This document shows, piece by piece, positions 11,986 through 22,543 of a DNA stretch of 64,000 nt. The stretch is from an uncultured delta proteobacterium (GTDB lineage Bacteria; Desulfobacterota; Binatia; UBA9968). A program made the translations under genes and the position numbers. Position 1 is the first letter of the stretch; each line of letters starts with the position of its first letter. The DNA lies in NCBI GenBank assembly GCA_963847445.1, contig CAWJZV010000017.1, positions 1-64,000 of the forward strand, written 5' to 3'. The notes beneath the pieces are model-generated. The model was not told the DNA's origin, searched no databases, and saw nothing but the letters and a program-made list of their open reading frames with translations.

Positions 11986-12762
11986 TCAGCTCTTCAAGCG
12001 ATAACCCGTCTTGAACATCCAGCCGACTACCGCCAGACAAAGCATGAAGAAGCCCAGCGTCATGGCGAGGCTGATTTCGACGCTGACGTCGGACGACTCG
12101 TAGAAGCTCCAGCGAAAGCCGCTGATCAGGTAAACCACGGGGTTGAACAGGGCGACGGTGCGCCAGGCCGGTGGCAGCATGTCGATGGAGTAGAAGGCGC
12201 CGCCGAGAAAGGTGAGCGGCGTGACGATCAGCATTGGAATGAACTGCAACTGCTCGAAGTTTTTGGCCCATATGCCGATGATGAAGCCGAACAGGCTGAA
12301 AGTCGCCGCGGTGAGCACGAGGAAGGCGATCATCCATAACGGGTGCTGGATGTGGACCGGCACGAACAGCGCGGCGGTGGCGAGGATGATTAGGCCCAGG
12401 GCGATGGACTTGGAAGCAGCGGCGCCGACGTAGGCGATAACGATTTCAAGGTAAGAGACGGGCGCGGACAAGAGCTCGTAAATCGTGCCGGTAAACTTGG
12501 GGAAGTAAATCCCGAAGGAAGCGTTGGAGATGCTCTGGGTGAATAGCGAGAGCATGATCAATCCCGGCACGATGAAGGCGCCGTAGGCGACGCCGTCGAC
12601 CTCGGCCATGCGCGCGCCGATGGCCGCGCCGAAGACGACGAAGTATAACGAAGTCGTGATCACCGGCGCGACTATGCTCTGAAACAGCGTGCGCAGCGCG
12701 CGCGCCATCTCGAATTTATAGATCGCCCAGACGCTGTGGCGGTTGAAAGCTAGGTTGCTCAT
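11986..12762 (-). CDS. yadH: ABC-2 permease, YadH-like
   Basis: Hydrophobic; [37 protein letters not shown]. Confidence 0.85.
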   Translation of the reverse strand: MSNLAFNRHSVWAIYKFEMARALRTLFQSIVAPVITTSLYFVVFGAAIGARMAEVDGVAYGAFIVPGLIMLSLFTQSISNASFGIYFPKFTGTIYELLSAPVSYLEIVIAYVGAAASKSIALGLIILATAALFVPVHIQHPLWMIAFLVLTAATFSLFGFIIGIWAKNFEQLQFIPMLIVTPLTFLGGAFYSIDMLPPAWRTVALFNPVVYLISGFRWSFYESSDVSVEISLAMTLGFFMLCLAVVGWMFKTGYRLKS

Positions 12763-12791
12763 GGGTGTATATTAAACGCTTCGGAAGCGGT

Positions 12792-12911
12792 TGGCCGCAA
12801 AGAACGCAAAGTTCGCAAAAAAATAAATCGGAATATCACTCGCCAAGACGCAAAGATGCTAAGTTCGGAATCTCCTGATTTGCTTTGCGAACTTTGCGTT
12901 CTTTGCGGCCA
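12792..12911. repeat. Perfect 28-bp inverted repeat built from CGCAAAGNN nonamers
   Basis: tggccgcaaagaacgcaaagttcgcaaa (12792-12819) / tttgcgaactttgcgttctttgcggcca (12884-12911), followed by TTGAACGRY-like nonamers at about 12937-12969. Confidence 0.9.
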
Positions 12912-12978
12912 TTCCTCCCTATCCGAATCTTCTTCCTTCAACGATTTGAACGGCTTGAACGACTGGAACAATTTTTTC

Positions 12979-13902
<924 letters not shown>

Positions 13903-14052
13903 CGCTGGGATCTTAACGTAATCGCATGACCTCTGTAAGCGCGGCGCAAAACTGTCTCTTTGCCGCGCGACCATTTCCTGGTGATCGAGCCATGGCGTCC
14001 CACGGACCGCCGAAGCGGCTGCCAGTCCCGGTGAAAAACATTTACAGAATCT

Positions 14053-14095
14053 TGTCTACTATTAGACAGTATTTGTTGTCGAGTACGCCTAAGCT
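14053..14095 (+). promoter_or_regulatory. Crp-family box with class II -10
   Basis: TGTCT-actatt-AGACA 14053-14068; TAAGCT 14090-14095 (box centre at -41.5). Confidence 0.7.
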
Positions 14096-14379
14096 CGCCA
14101 AGACTGCAGAGGTTCGAGTTGCCGCGCTAAGTTGATTGGCAAGCGTCGGGACGGCGATTCTGGTGTGATTTCTCTCGATGCCGATTCAATAACCAATGAT
14201 TGAGGCAAATTCTGTGGACGCCCCGGAGAGCAGCGCTAAATGCGATTCCTGCGGTCATCGCTATTGTAAAGTTTGCGAGGAGTGCTCGGTTTCGCAACGC
14301 TACTCGGACTATTGGGTTTGTCACAGCTGTGCATCGTTAAGTCTGTGGATTCCATGTGCGCAATAAAAAGGAGGTTCGT

Positions 14380-14730
14380 ATGGATTGGGACAAAGTCAAG
14401 TTAGGCGGCTGGAGCGCTGCCGGTGGCGCGGTTCTAGCGATGATCGTCGGATTCAATTGGGGTGGTTGGGTGACCGGCGGGACTGCCGAAGTCTTGGCCA
14501 AGGAGATCGCCGAAAATGCAGTGGCCAAACGTTTTGCGCCGAGCTGTGTCGCGCGGTTTAACCTAGATGCGAATAAGGAACAGAAGCTCAAGGAGTTCAA
14601 GGCGAAGGATGCTTGGGACGGGCAGAAGTTCGTCGAAGAGCAGGGCTGGGCGACGCTGCCTGGAGAAGAACGACCCGACAGCAAGGTTGCCGAGGGCTGT
14701 GCCAAGAGTCTCATGGAAGCAAAATCGTAA
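14380..14730 (+). CDS. Membrane-anchored hypothetical protein
   Basis: AGGAGG RBS; N-terminal TM GFNWGGWVTGGTA; two Cys (CVARF...GCAK). Confidence 0.75.
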   Translation: MDWDKVKLGGWSAAGGAVLAMIVGFNWGGWVTGGTAEVLAKEIAENAVAKRFAPSCVARFNLDANKEQKLKEFKAKDAWDGQKFVEEQGWATLPGEERPDSKVAEGCAKSLMEAKS

Positions 14731-14799
14731 ATGGTGGCCGCGCATTCGGCTCGCAGTCAAACCGCCGGCCGGATGAACAGCGGCGATAGGAGAGTCCCA

Positions 14800-14919
14800 A
14801 TGGGCGATAAGAGCAAGAAGGATAAAGACAAACACCAGAAGCAGAAGCAAATACAACAGCAAACAGCGGCAAAAAATGCTCTCGCCAAGCAGCCCGCGAA
14901 AGTCTTCAAAACCAAGTAG
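14800..14919 (+). CDS. Small basic peptide (39 aa, MGDKSKKDKDKHQKQK...)
   Basis: AGGAG RBS, Lys/Gln-rich ORF. Confidence 0.55.
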   Translation: MGDKSKKDKDKHQKQKQIQQQTAAKNALAKQPAKVFKTK

Positions 14920-15113
14920 GGTCTATCTTTATGAACGTCGTCTGATACAATCAAATTCACGATTACTGACCTAACGTTCACATAGGACAAACTCGGTTCA
15001 ATTCTCCCGAGTCTCGATGAGGCGGTACCTACGGTCACCGCCTCTTCGCGTTTTTGGGCTGGATCACGACTAACAACCGCTAGGCGATACCGCCGGCAAG
15101 GAGCACTCTCCCA

Positions 15114-17399
15114 TTGCCACAGGATCTTAAAAACGCCGCGATCAACCGCATCGCCTTTATCGGCAACTACTTGCCGCGCCAGTGCGGCATCGCCACGTTC
15201 ACCACCGACCTGTGCGAAGCGATCGCCGCCGAGCATGGCGACACGACGTGCATCGCCGTGCCCGTCAACGACATCGAAGGCGGCTACGCCTATCCCGCGC
15301 GAGTGCGTTTTGAACTGACCGAGAAGGACATCGATTCTTATCGCCGCGCCGCCGACTTTCTGAACATCAACAAGGTCGACCTGGTCAGCCTGCAATTCGA
15401 ATATGGCATCTTCGGCGGCCGGGCCGGCAGCCACATCCTGACTCTGCTGCGCGATCTGCGCATGCCGATCGTGACGACGCTGCACACGATCTTGCGCGAA
15501 CCCGATGCGGATCAACGGCGCGTGTTGACTGAAGTCGCCGGCCTGTCGGATCGCTTGGTCGTGATGAGCGAGCGCGGCGCGGAGTTCCTGCAAGAGATCT
15601 ATCAGGTCGCGCCGGAGAAGATCGATCTGATCCCGCACGGCATTCCCGATGTGCCGTTTGTCGATCCGAGTTTTCACAAAGACCTGTTTGGCGTCGAAGG
15701 CAAGATCGTCTTGCTCAGCTTCGGCTTGCTCTCGGCCAACAAGGGCATCGAGAATGTCATCGCCGCGTTGCCGGCGATTCTGGCCAAGCATCCGAACGTG
15801 GTCTACTTCATCGTCGGCGCGACCCATCCGCATGTGCTGCGGCACGACGGCGAAACCTATCGTTTGTCGCTGCAATGGCTGGCGCAGGAGAAAGGCGTCG
15901 AAGGCCACGTGATCTTCTACAACCGCTTTGTCAGCCTGGAAGAACTTGTCGAGTTCATCGGCGCGGCGGACATTTACATCACGCCTTATCTCAACCCGGC
16001 GCAGATCGTCTCGGGCACGCTGGCCTACACGCTGGGCGCGGGCAAGGCGGTGATTTCGACGCCCTACTGGTACGCCGAAGAGATGCTGGCTGACGAACGT
16101 GGCGCGCTGGTGCCGTTCCGCGACCCGGCGGCGTTGGCCGAGCAAGTGATCGATCTGTTGGACAACGAGGCCAAGCGCCACGCCATGCGCAAGCGCGCTT
16201 ATCTTTTCGGGCGGGAGATGATCTGGCCGCAGGTGGCGCGCCGCTACATGGAGAGTTTTGAGCGCGCCCGCGCCGAACGGCGCCACTTTACTCCGCCCGG
16301 TTTTGCCGTCAAAGCGCTCGATAAACGCCCGGGCGAGCTGCCGCCGCTCAAACTCGATCACTTGCGCCACATGACGGACGATACCGGCATGTTGCAACAC
16401 GCGATTTTCACGGTGCCCAATTATCAGGAGGGCTACACCATCGACGACAATGCGCGCGCGCTGATCGTGAGCGCCTTCTTGGAAGAACTCGGCAATGTCG
16501 AGACTGCCGGTCTCATGTCGCGTTATCTCGCCTTCGTCTGGTACGCCTTCAATGCGAAGACCGGACGCTTTCGCAACTTTATGGACTATCAGCGCAACTG
16601 GCTGGAAGAAAACGGCTCCGACGACAGTCATGGCCGCACGTTGTGGGCGCTGGGCACGGTGTTGGGCCGCTCCAACACGCCGGCGCTGCAAAGCATGGCC
16701 GGCTGGGTGTTCGAGCAAGCGTTGCCGGCGATTCTCGACACGACCAGCCCGCGGGCCTGGGCATTCGCGCTGATCGGCATCCACGAGTATCTTCAGCGTT
16801 TTGCCGGTGACCGAACCATCACTCAGGTGCGTGAAGAGTTGGCTGGGCGGTTACTCGATTTATATCGCAAAACTCGAACCGGCGCTTGGCACTGGTATGA
16901 AGAATCGCTGACCTATTGCAATGCCGCGCTGCCGCACGCCCTGCTCATGTGCGGTCATGGCATCCCGAATGGCGACATGACCGAAGCCGGACTGGAGTCG
17001 CTCCGTTGGCTGGCAGACTTACAGCGCGCTGACGAGGCTGGCGGCCATTTCGTGCCCATCGGCTCCAACGGTTTTTACCAACGCGGCGGTGAGCGTGCCC
17101 GGTTCGATCAGCAGCCGGTCGAGGCTCAGGCCATGGTATCGGCTTGCCTCGAAGCGCACCGGATCACGGCGGACAAGAGCTGGCACAAAGAAGCGCGCCG
17201 CGCCTTCGACTGGTTTCTCGGCCGCAACGATCTCAACCTGCCGATCTACGATCCGACCACCGGCGGTTGCCGAGACGGTTTGCATGCCGACCGTGCGAAC
17301 GAAAATCAGGGCGCGGAATCCTCCCTGGCTTTTCTCCAGGCCGTACTGGAACTGCGCTTGGCTGAGACCACATTGGCATCCGTGGAAATAGGAGCTTGA
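15114..17399 (+). CDS. GT4 glycosyltransferase fused to a C-terminal helical glycosidase-like domain
   Basis: IAFIGNYLPRQCGIATF, FGLLSANKGIE; C-terminal GYTIDDNARAL, FDQQPVEA, NENQGAES. Confidence 0.9.
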   Translation: MPQDLKNAAINRIAFIGNYLPRQCGIATFTTDLCEAIAAEHGDTTCIAVPVNDIEGGYAYPARVRFELTEKDIDSYRRAADFLNINKVDLVSLQFEYGIFGGRAGSHILTLLRDLRMPIVTTLHTILREPDADQRRVLTEVAGLSDRLVVMSERGAEFLQEIYQVAPEKIDLIPHGIPDVPFVDPSFHKDLFGVEGKIVLLSFGLLSANKGIENVIAALPAILAKHPNVVYFIVGATHPHVLRHDGETYRLSLQWLAQEKGVEGHVIFYNRFVSLEELVEFIGAADIYITPYLNPAQIVSGTLAYTLGAGKAVISTPYWYAEEMLADERGALVPFRDPAALAEQVIDLLDNEAKRHAMRKRAYLFGREMIWPQVARRYMESFERARAERRHFTPPGFAVKALDKRPGELPPLKLDHLRHMTDDTGMLQHAIFTVPNYQEGYTIDDNARALIVSAFLEELGNVETAGLMSRYLAFVWYAFNAKTGRFRNFMDYQRNWLEENGSDDSHGRTLWALGTVLGRSNTPALQSMAGWVFEQALPAILDTTSPRAWAFALIGIHEYLQRFAGDRTITQVREELAGRLLDLYRKTRTGAWHWYEESLTYCNAALPHALLMCGHGIPNGDMTEAGLESLRWLADLQRADEAGGHFVPIGSNGFYQRGGERARFDQQPVEAQAMVSACLEAHRITADKSWHKEARRAFDWFLGRNDLNLPIYDPTTGGCRDGLHADRANENQGAESSLAFLQAVLELRLAETTLASVEIGA

Positions 17400-18367
17400 T
17401 GAACAATCAACACGCCGAACTTTTTCGCCGTCATAAACGCAATCCGATCTTGACCGCCGCCGATTGGCCCTATCCCGTCAATAGTGTTTTCAACCCGGGC
17501 GCGACTCTGTTGCCCGATGGAACGACTCTATTGCTCTGCCGCGTCGAAGATCGCCGGGGCCATTCCCACTTTACTGTCGCTCGCTCCGATAACGGCGTGG
17601 ATAACTGGCGCATCGAATCTCGGCCGACGCTGCAGGCCAACCCGGAAAACTTCCCCGAAGAAGTGTGGGGCATTGAAGACCCGCGTATCACGTATCTGCC
17701 GGAATTAAGCAAATATGCGGTTGTCTATACCGCTTTCTCACGCGATGGTCCGGGGGTCTCTCTAGCGCTCACTGAGGACTTTCATAGCTTCGAGCGCTTC
17801 GGCGTCATTATGTCACCGGAAGATAAAGATGCGGCATTATTGCCCCATCGTATCGGCGGGCAGTGGGTGTTGATCCATCGGCCGGTCAGCGCGCCGCGGG
17901 CGCACATGTGGATGTCATTTTCTCCGGACTTGCGCCACTGGGGCAATCACAAGCTGATGCTGGAAGCGCGCAAAGGCTCGTGGTGGGACGCGAATAAAAT
18001 CGGTCTTTCGCCCCCGCCCATCGAAACCGCGCAGGGCTGGCTGGTGATATACCATGGAGTGCGGCAAACTGCGTCCGGTTCGATCTACCGGCTTGGCCTT
18101 GCGCTGTTCGATTTGCAGGCGCCGGAGCGCTGCACAAAGCGGGGTAATGAGTGGATTTTCGGGCCGCAAGAAGGCTACGAGCAACGCGGCGACGTGGATA
18201 ATGTGGTTTTCCCCTGCGGTTACACGATTGCGCCGGACGGCGACACCATCCATCTCTACTACGGCGCGGCGGATACCAGCATTGGCTTGGCAACGGGGAG
18301 CATTCACGCCATGCTCGAATGGCTTGGACGTCATGGCGACCAACCGACGGCAATTCTAAGTGACTGA
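17396..18367 (+). CDS. GH130 family glycosidase/mannoside phosphorylase
   Basis: VFNPGA, GIEDPRI, EDKDAAL, IHRP, VVFPCG, YYGAADT. Confidence 0.9.
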   Translation: MMNNQHAELFRRHKRNPILTAADWPYPVNSVFNPGATLLPDGTTLLLCRVEDRRGHSHFTVARSDNGVDNWRIESRPTLQANPENFPEEVWGIEDPRITYLPELSKYAVVYTAFSRDGPGVSLALTEDFHSFERFGVIMSPEDKDAALLPHRIGGQWVLIHRPVSAPRAHMWMSFSPDLRHWGNHKLMLEARKGSWWDANKIGLSPPPIETAQGWLVIYHGVRQTASGSIYRLGLALFDLQAPERCTKRGNEWIFGPQEGYEQRGDVDNVVFPCGYTIAPDGDTIHLYYGAADTSIGLATGSIHAMLEWLGRHGDQPTAILSD

Positions 18368-18378
18368 AAGGAGCGGTT

Positions 18379-18567
18379 ATGGGTACTGAGACATTTCAAA
18401 AACGCCAGAAGGAAAACGCGCGGAAAGAAAAACATAAGCAGAAATTAGCCCGCCGGCTTGAACGCAAGAATGAGAAAGTGCCGGGCGAAAATAGTTTGGA
18501 TGTGGATATCTTACAGCTAGAGCGGGAAGCGGAGCAAGCCGCTGAGCAGTCCGAGTCAACGAACTGA
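18379..18567 (+). CDS. Small charged protein (62 aa)
   Basis: AAGGAG RBS; ETFQKRQKENARKEK. Confidence 0.6.
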   Translation: MGTETFQKRQKENARKEKHKQKLARRLERKNEKVPGENSLDVDILQLEREAEQAAEQSESTN

Positions 18568-18778
18568 TTAGGCCTGGTGTTGCGCAAAAGCGCGGATTTC
18601 GATCGGTACGGCTATCTTGAGTTTTCTGCTGGTAGCGTCGTTTTATGACGCTTGCGGAGACGCGGTGCAATAAGATGCGCGGTTTCCGGATCGCGTACCG
18701 GAACTTTCTCCATACTGAAGGAAGTTGAACGGTTCAGGGTTTGAGCCTCGCGGCGCCCAACGAACAGAGGAGAATCGC

Positions 18779-19291
18779 ATGACATTGAGTATTGGCGAAA
18801 AAGTCAGTCTGCCGAGTCACGGACCTTGTGTGATCGGCGCGGTGGTCAACAAACAGGTTGGCGGCACATCGACGGCGTTCTACCGTCTGGCCCCTCTGGA
18901 AGATAACGGCGGCGAATTGTTCATACCGGTCGACAAGATCACAGGATTGGGCATCCGGCAGTTGCTCAAACAGTCGGAGATTCCCAAACTGCTCGGCAGG
19001 CTCAGTCAGCCGGGCAAGCTAACGCCGCCGCCATCGACGGCGCGCAACTGGAAGCAGCGCGCCCTCGATAACGGCAAGCTATTGGGTTCCGGGTCGGCAT
19101 CGGACCTGGTGCAGATCGTCGAGACGCTCACCGACTTGCACGAGACCAAGACGCTGGCGCCCCATGAACGGCAGACTTTGGAACGAGCGAAGAAGCTACT
19201 GGTTTGTGAAATTGCCGAAGTGTTGGGGGAAACCCGGAGCGCCGTCGAGGAACAGATCGAAAGAGCATTACAGGCGCGCAAAGCCGGGTGA
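18779..19291 (+). CDS. CarD family transcriptional regulator
   Basis: IGEKVSLPSHGPCVI, NWKQR, ERQTLERAKKLLVCEIA; GAGGAG RBS. Confidence 0.85.
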   Translation: MTLSIGEKVSLPSHGPCVIGAVVNKQVGGTSTAFYRLAPLEDNGGELFIPVDKITGLGIRQLLKQSEIPKLLGRLSQPGKLTPPPSTARNWKQRALDNGKLLGSGSASDLVQIVETLTDLHETKTLAPHERQTLERAKKLLVCEIAEVLGETRSAVEEQIERALQARKAG

Positions 19292-19370
19292 AATGCTCGC
19301 TGAAAGAAACTCGAGTCCGAGGTGTGATCAGCTCTTTCGCCTGCATGCGCGCTCATCGGAGGGCAGAAAT

Positions 19371-20405
19371 ATGTCTTCTGATGCGAGTCCCGGCGAAATC
19401 AATATGACCCATGCCGCGTGGTATCAGTCGACCACCGCCTATGTGCGGCCGAGCCTGGGCAAATCGCTCTGGCAGGTGGTCAATACCTTCGTGCCTTATT
19501 TCATTTTGTTGGCGCTGATGGTTATCACGGTGCAGCGGGACTATCCCTATTGGACGACCCTGATGCTGGCTGTTGCAGCGGGCGGCATGCTGATTCGCGT
19601 CTTCATCCTGTTCCACGATTGTTGCCATGGATCGTTTTTCGCGTCGCACCGGGCCAATACCGTTTTCGGTTATGTCACCGGCGTGCTGACTTTCACACCG
19701 TTTGAAGACTGGCGGCTGAAGCACAACCGCCATCATGCTACGGCCGGCGACCTCGACCGCCGCGGCGTGGGCGATATTTGGACGATGACGACCGCTGAAT
19801 ATCTGGCGGCGCCGCTCTGGCAACGGTTCATCTACCGATTCTACCGCAATCCGATCGTTCTATTCGGGCCTGGGGCGACCCTGTTGTTTCTCTTCGTCCA
19901 GCGCTTTTGCACCAAAGGCGCTGGGCGGCGGGAGCGCCGCAGCGTATGGCGCACCAACTTGATGCTTGTGGTCGTTACCGCGCTGGCGACTTTGACCATC
20001 GGTTGGCAAACTTATCTGTTGGTTCAGCTACCGGTTATTGTGATTGGCGGCGGCCTCGGCGTTTGGTTGTTCTACGTCCAACACCAGTTCGACAACGCCT
20101 ATTGGGTGCGCCACGGCTCTTGGGATCCGCTGAAAGTCGCCCTGGAAGGCAGCTCCTATTTCAAGCTGCCGAAAATATTTCAATGGCTCACCGGTAACAT
20201 CGGTTTGCATCATATTCATCACGTGCGCCCGAATATTCCCAACTACAATTTGCAGCAATGCCAGGATGAAATCACAGCCTTCCGAGTCGTCAAGCCGATC
20301 ACCCTGGCCACCAGTCTGCGCTCGCTGCAACTCAGTCTCTTCGATGAAAAGCTTGGTAGGCCGGTTAGTTTTCGCTGGTTGACGACGCTCGGTGCGAGAG
20401 GATAA
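19371..20405 (+). CDS. Fatty acid desaturase
   Basis: His boxes HDCCH, HNRHH, HHIHH. Confidence 0.9.
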   Translation: MSSDASPGEINMTHAAWYQSTTAYVRPSLGKSLWQVVNTFVPYFILLALMVITVQRDYPYWTTLMLAVAAGGMLIRVFILFHDCCHGSFFASHRANTVFGYVTGVLTFTPFEDWRLKHNRHHATAGDLDRRGVGDIWTMTTAEYLAAPLWQRFIYRFYRNPIVLFGPGATLLFLFVQRFCTKGAGRRERRSVWRTNLMLVVVTALATLTIGWQTYLLVQLPVIVIGGGLGVWLFYVQHQFDNAYWVRHGSWDPLKVALEGSSYFKLPKIFQWLTGNIGLHHIHHVRPNIPNYNLQQCQDEITAFRVVKPITLATSLRSLQLSLFDEKLGRPVSFRWLTTLGARG

Positions 20406-20551
20406 TTTTTCCTATCGGTCCGATCTTTTGGCAGCCAATTCGCGAGGCTATTGCAGCAAAACTGGGGCGCAGCGAGTTGGCTGGTAACGCCGTCTTGGCG
20501 TGCGGCGAGTCATGCATCCCATCCCAGAAAACTGTTTTTTTATTCCCTCAT

Positions 20552-20594
20552 TGTCTCTTTTTAGACAGCAAAACCGAGTGGCCGAACATATCTT
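20552..20594 (+). promoter_or_regulatory. Crp-family box with class II -10
   Basis: TGTCT-cttttt-AGACA 20552-20567; TATCTT 20589-20594. Confidence 0.7.
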
Positions 20595-20639
20595 CGAAGC
20601 AGTTAAATGGGCGGGTTGTCACTCACGCCGGTTGGCGGT

Positions 20640-21993
20640 TTGTTCAATCGGTCTCGCACTATAGCCAATTCAAGTCCCTGGTTAAAAAAAACTTGGTCAA
20701 CGATCTGGTGATCCGTGAGACGATCATCGATGGCAATTTGAAGGGCGCGGCGGTCAAGGATATTTTCACGCCGGAAAAACTAAAGGAGATTTCTCCCGAC
20801 TTGCTTGCCAGCAAAAAACTGGTTTCCTTCGAAACAGTAAGAGTGGTGGACCCCGGTCTTACGGCAGAGCTTGAAGCGGCGAACGTACCGTTTAGGGGAG
20901 AACTGACGAGCAATTGGCTGCCGACTCTGTTGTCTTGGGTGGTTCCCGTGGCGCTGTTTTTTCTGATGTGGAACTATCTGGGCAAGAAGATGGGGTCGGC
21001 TGGCGGCGGCTTGATGCAGATCGGCAAGAGCAAGGCGAAAGTCTACATCGAGAAAAAAACCGGAGTTACCTTCGCGGATGTTGCGGGCATCGACGAAGCC
21101 GAAGAAGAAGTCGCTGAAGTTGTCGGTTTTCTCAAAGACCCGGAAAAGTATCAAAGATTGGGCGGTCATATTCCCAAGGGCGTCTTGATCGTCGGACCGC
21201 CGGGTACGGGGAAAACTCTGCTCGCCCGCGCCGTGGCCGGCGAGGCTGGCGTGCCATTCTTCAGCCTGACCGGTTCTGACTTTGTCGAGATGTTTGTCGG
21301 CGTCGGCGCGGCGCGGGTGCAGGGATCTATTCATGCAAGCGGCTGAAGCATGCGCCGAGCATCATCTTCATCGACGAGCTCGATGCCATCGGCAAAGCCC
21401 GCGGCGTGAGTACGGTCACCGGCAACGACGAGCGCGAGCAGACTCTCAATCAACTCCTGGCCGAGATGGACGGCTTCGATCCGAATCAAGGAGTCATCAT
21501 CATGGCCGCCACCAACCGGCCGGAAATCCTCGACGCCGCGCTGCTCCGTCCCGGCCGCTTCGATCGGCAGATTTTAGTGGATCGTCCCGATATCAAAGGC
21601 CGGACTAAGATTCTCGAATTGCATGCCAAGAAGGTAAAGCTCTGCGCCGGATCTTGACCTAGCTAGTCGTCTCTCGAAGGACCGCGCCATGCGACGTTCC
21701 TGATGGTGCCCACCCAGAGTCCCAGAGAGTACAGCGAGGAAACCGCCCGGCAGATCGATGAAGAGGTTAAACAAATATTGTCAGAAGCGCATGGCAGGGC
21801 GCGCAATATCCTAGCCGCGCATCGCACGGCGCTTGATGAATTGGCCGGGCTGTTGCTGGAAAAGGAAGTTATCGATCGGCCAGCGCTGCAAGCGATCCTA
21901 AAAGTACGGAGCATCGACAGCCTCAAAGAAAAAAGACGCGCCGCGGACCTCTCCGAAAGCGAAAGCCATCAGAGCAACGCCGAACGGGAATAG
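20640..21993 (+). pseudogene. ftsH: FtsH remnant (AAA domain present; first TM and M41 protease core missing)
   Basis: [39 protein letters not shown]; then a jump to the C-terminal YSEETARQIDEEV with no HExxH. Confidence 0.8.
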
Positions 21994-22059
21994 CCAGCGG
22001 TTGGGAAATGATCGGGGCCGTTGCATCGTGCCGATTCGATCTGCCCACGAGAGCCAATT

Positions 22060-22404
22060 ATGAAGAACGAAACCACACGCCCCGAAGAAAAGTTCGACGA
22101 GCACGCCAACGAAGATGGTTATTTTGCCGCAAAAGAACATGAACTGATCGAGGACATGCGGCTCGAGTTTCACAAAGTCCGAGCGGCGCGGCGTGATGCG
22201 GCGCTGGCGACCTGTCCCAAGTGTTCGGGAAGATTCCAGAAGTACTCGCTCCTTGGATGCGTCGTCGAGCGCTGTGAAAACTGCGAGGGCATTTGGCTCA
22301 ATAAGGGCGAGCTCGACGGCATCTTGCGGCAGCAGGCGCGCGGTCCGCTGGCGATTTTCCTCGACCGTTGTTTCGCCAGGACTGAAACAGACAATAAGAA
22401 CTAG
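22060..22404 (+). CDS. zf-TFIIB-type zinc-ribbon protein
   Basis: EDGYF..KEHELIE, CPKC...CENCEGIWLNKGEL. Confidence 0.8.
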   Translation: MKNETTRPEEKFDEHANEDGYFAAKEHELIEDMRLEFHKVRAARRDAALATCPKCSGRFQKYSLLGCVVERCENCEGIWLNKGELDGILRQQARGPLAIFLDRCFARTETDNKN

Positions 22405-22543
22405 CGATACCCGCGTCATCTCGAACCTGATGGTAAGGTAGGAACGGCCCCCTGTGTCTAGCCTCTGGGACTGTCGCCCACAGGAGAGCGCGCCGACGTC
22501 GCAATCACTGGCTCGAACTCTTATAGTGCATTACAATTTACCG

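Noticed and set aside
14757-16784. 675-aa minus-strand ORF
   Set aside because: Antisense shadow of the well-supported GT4 gene in GC-rich DNA, with no recognisable motifs.
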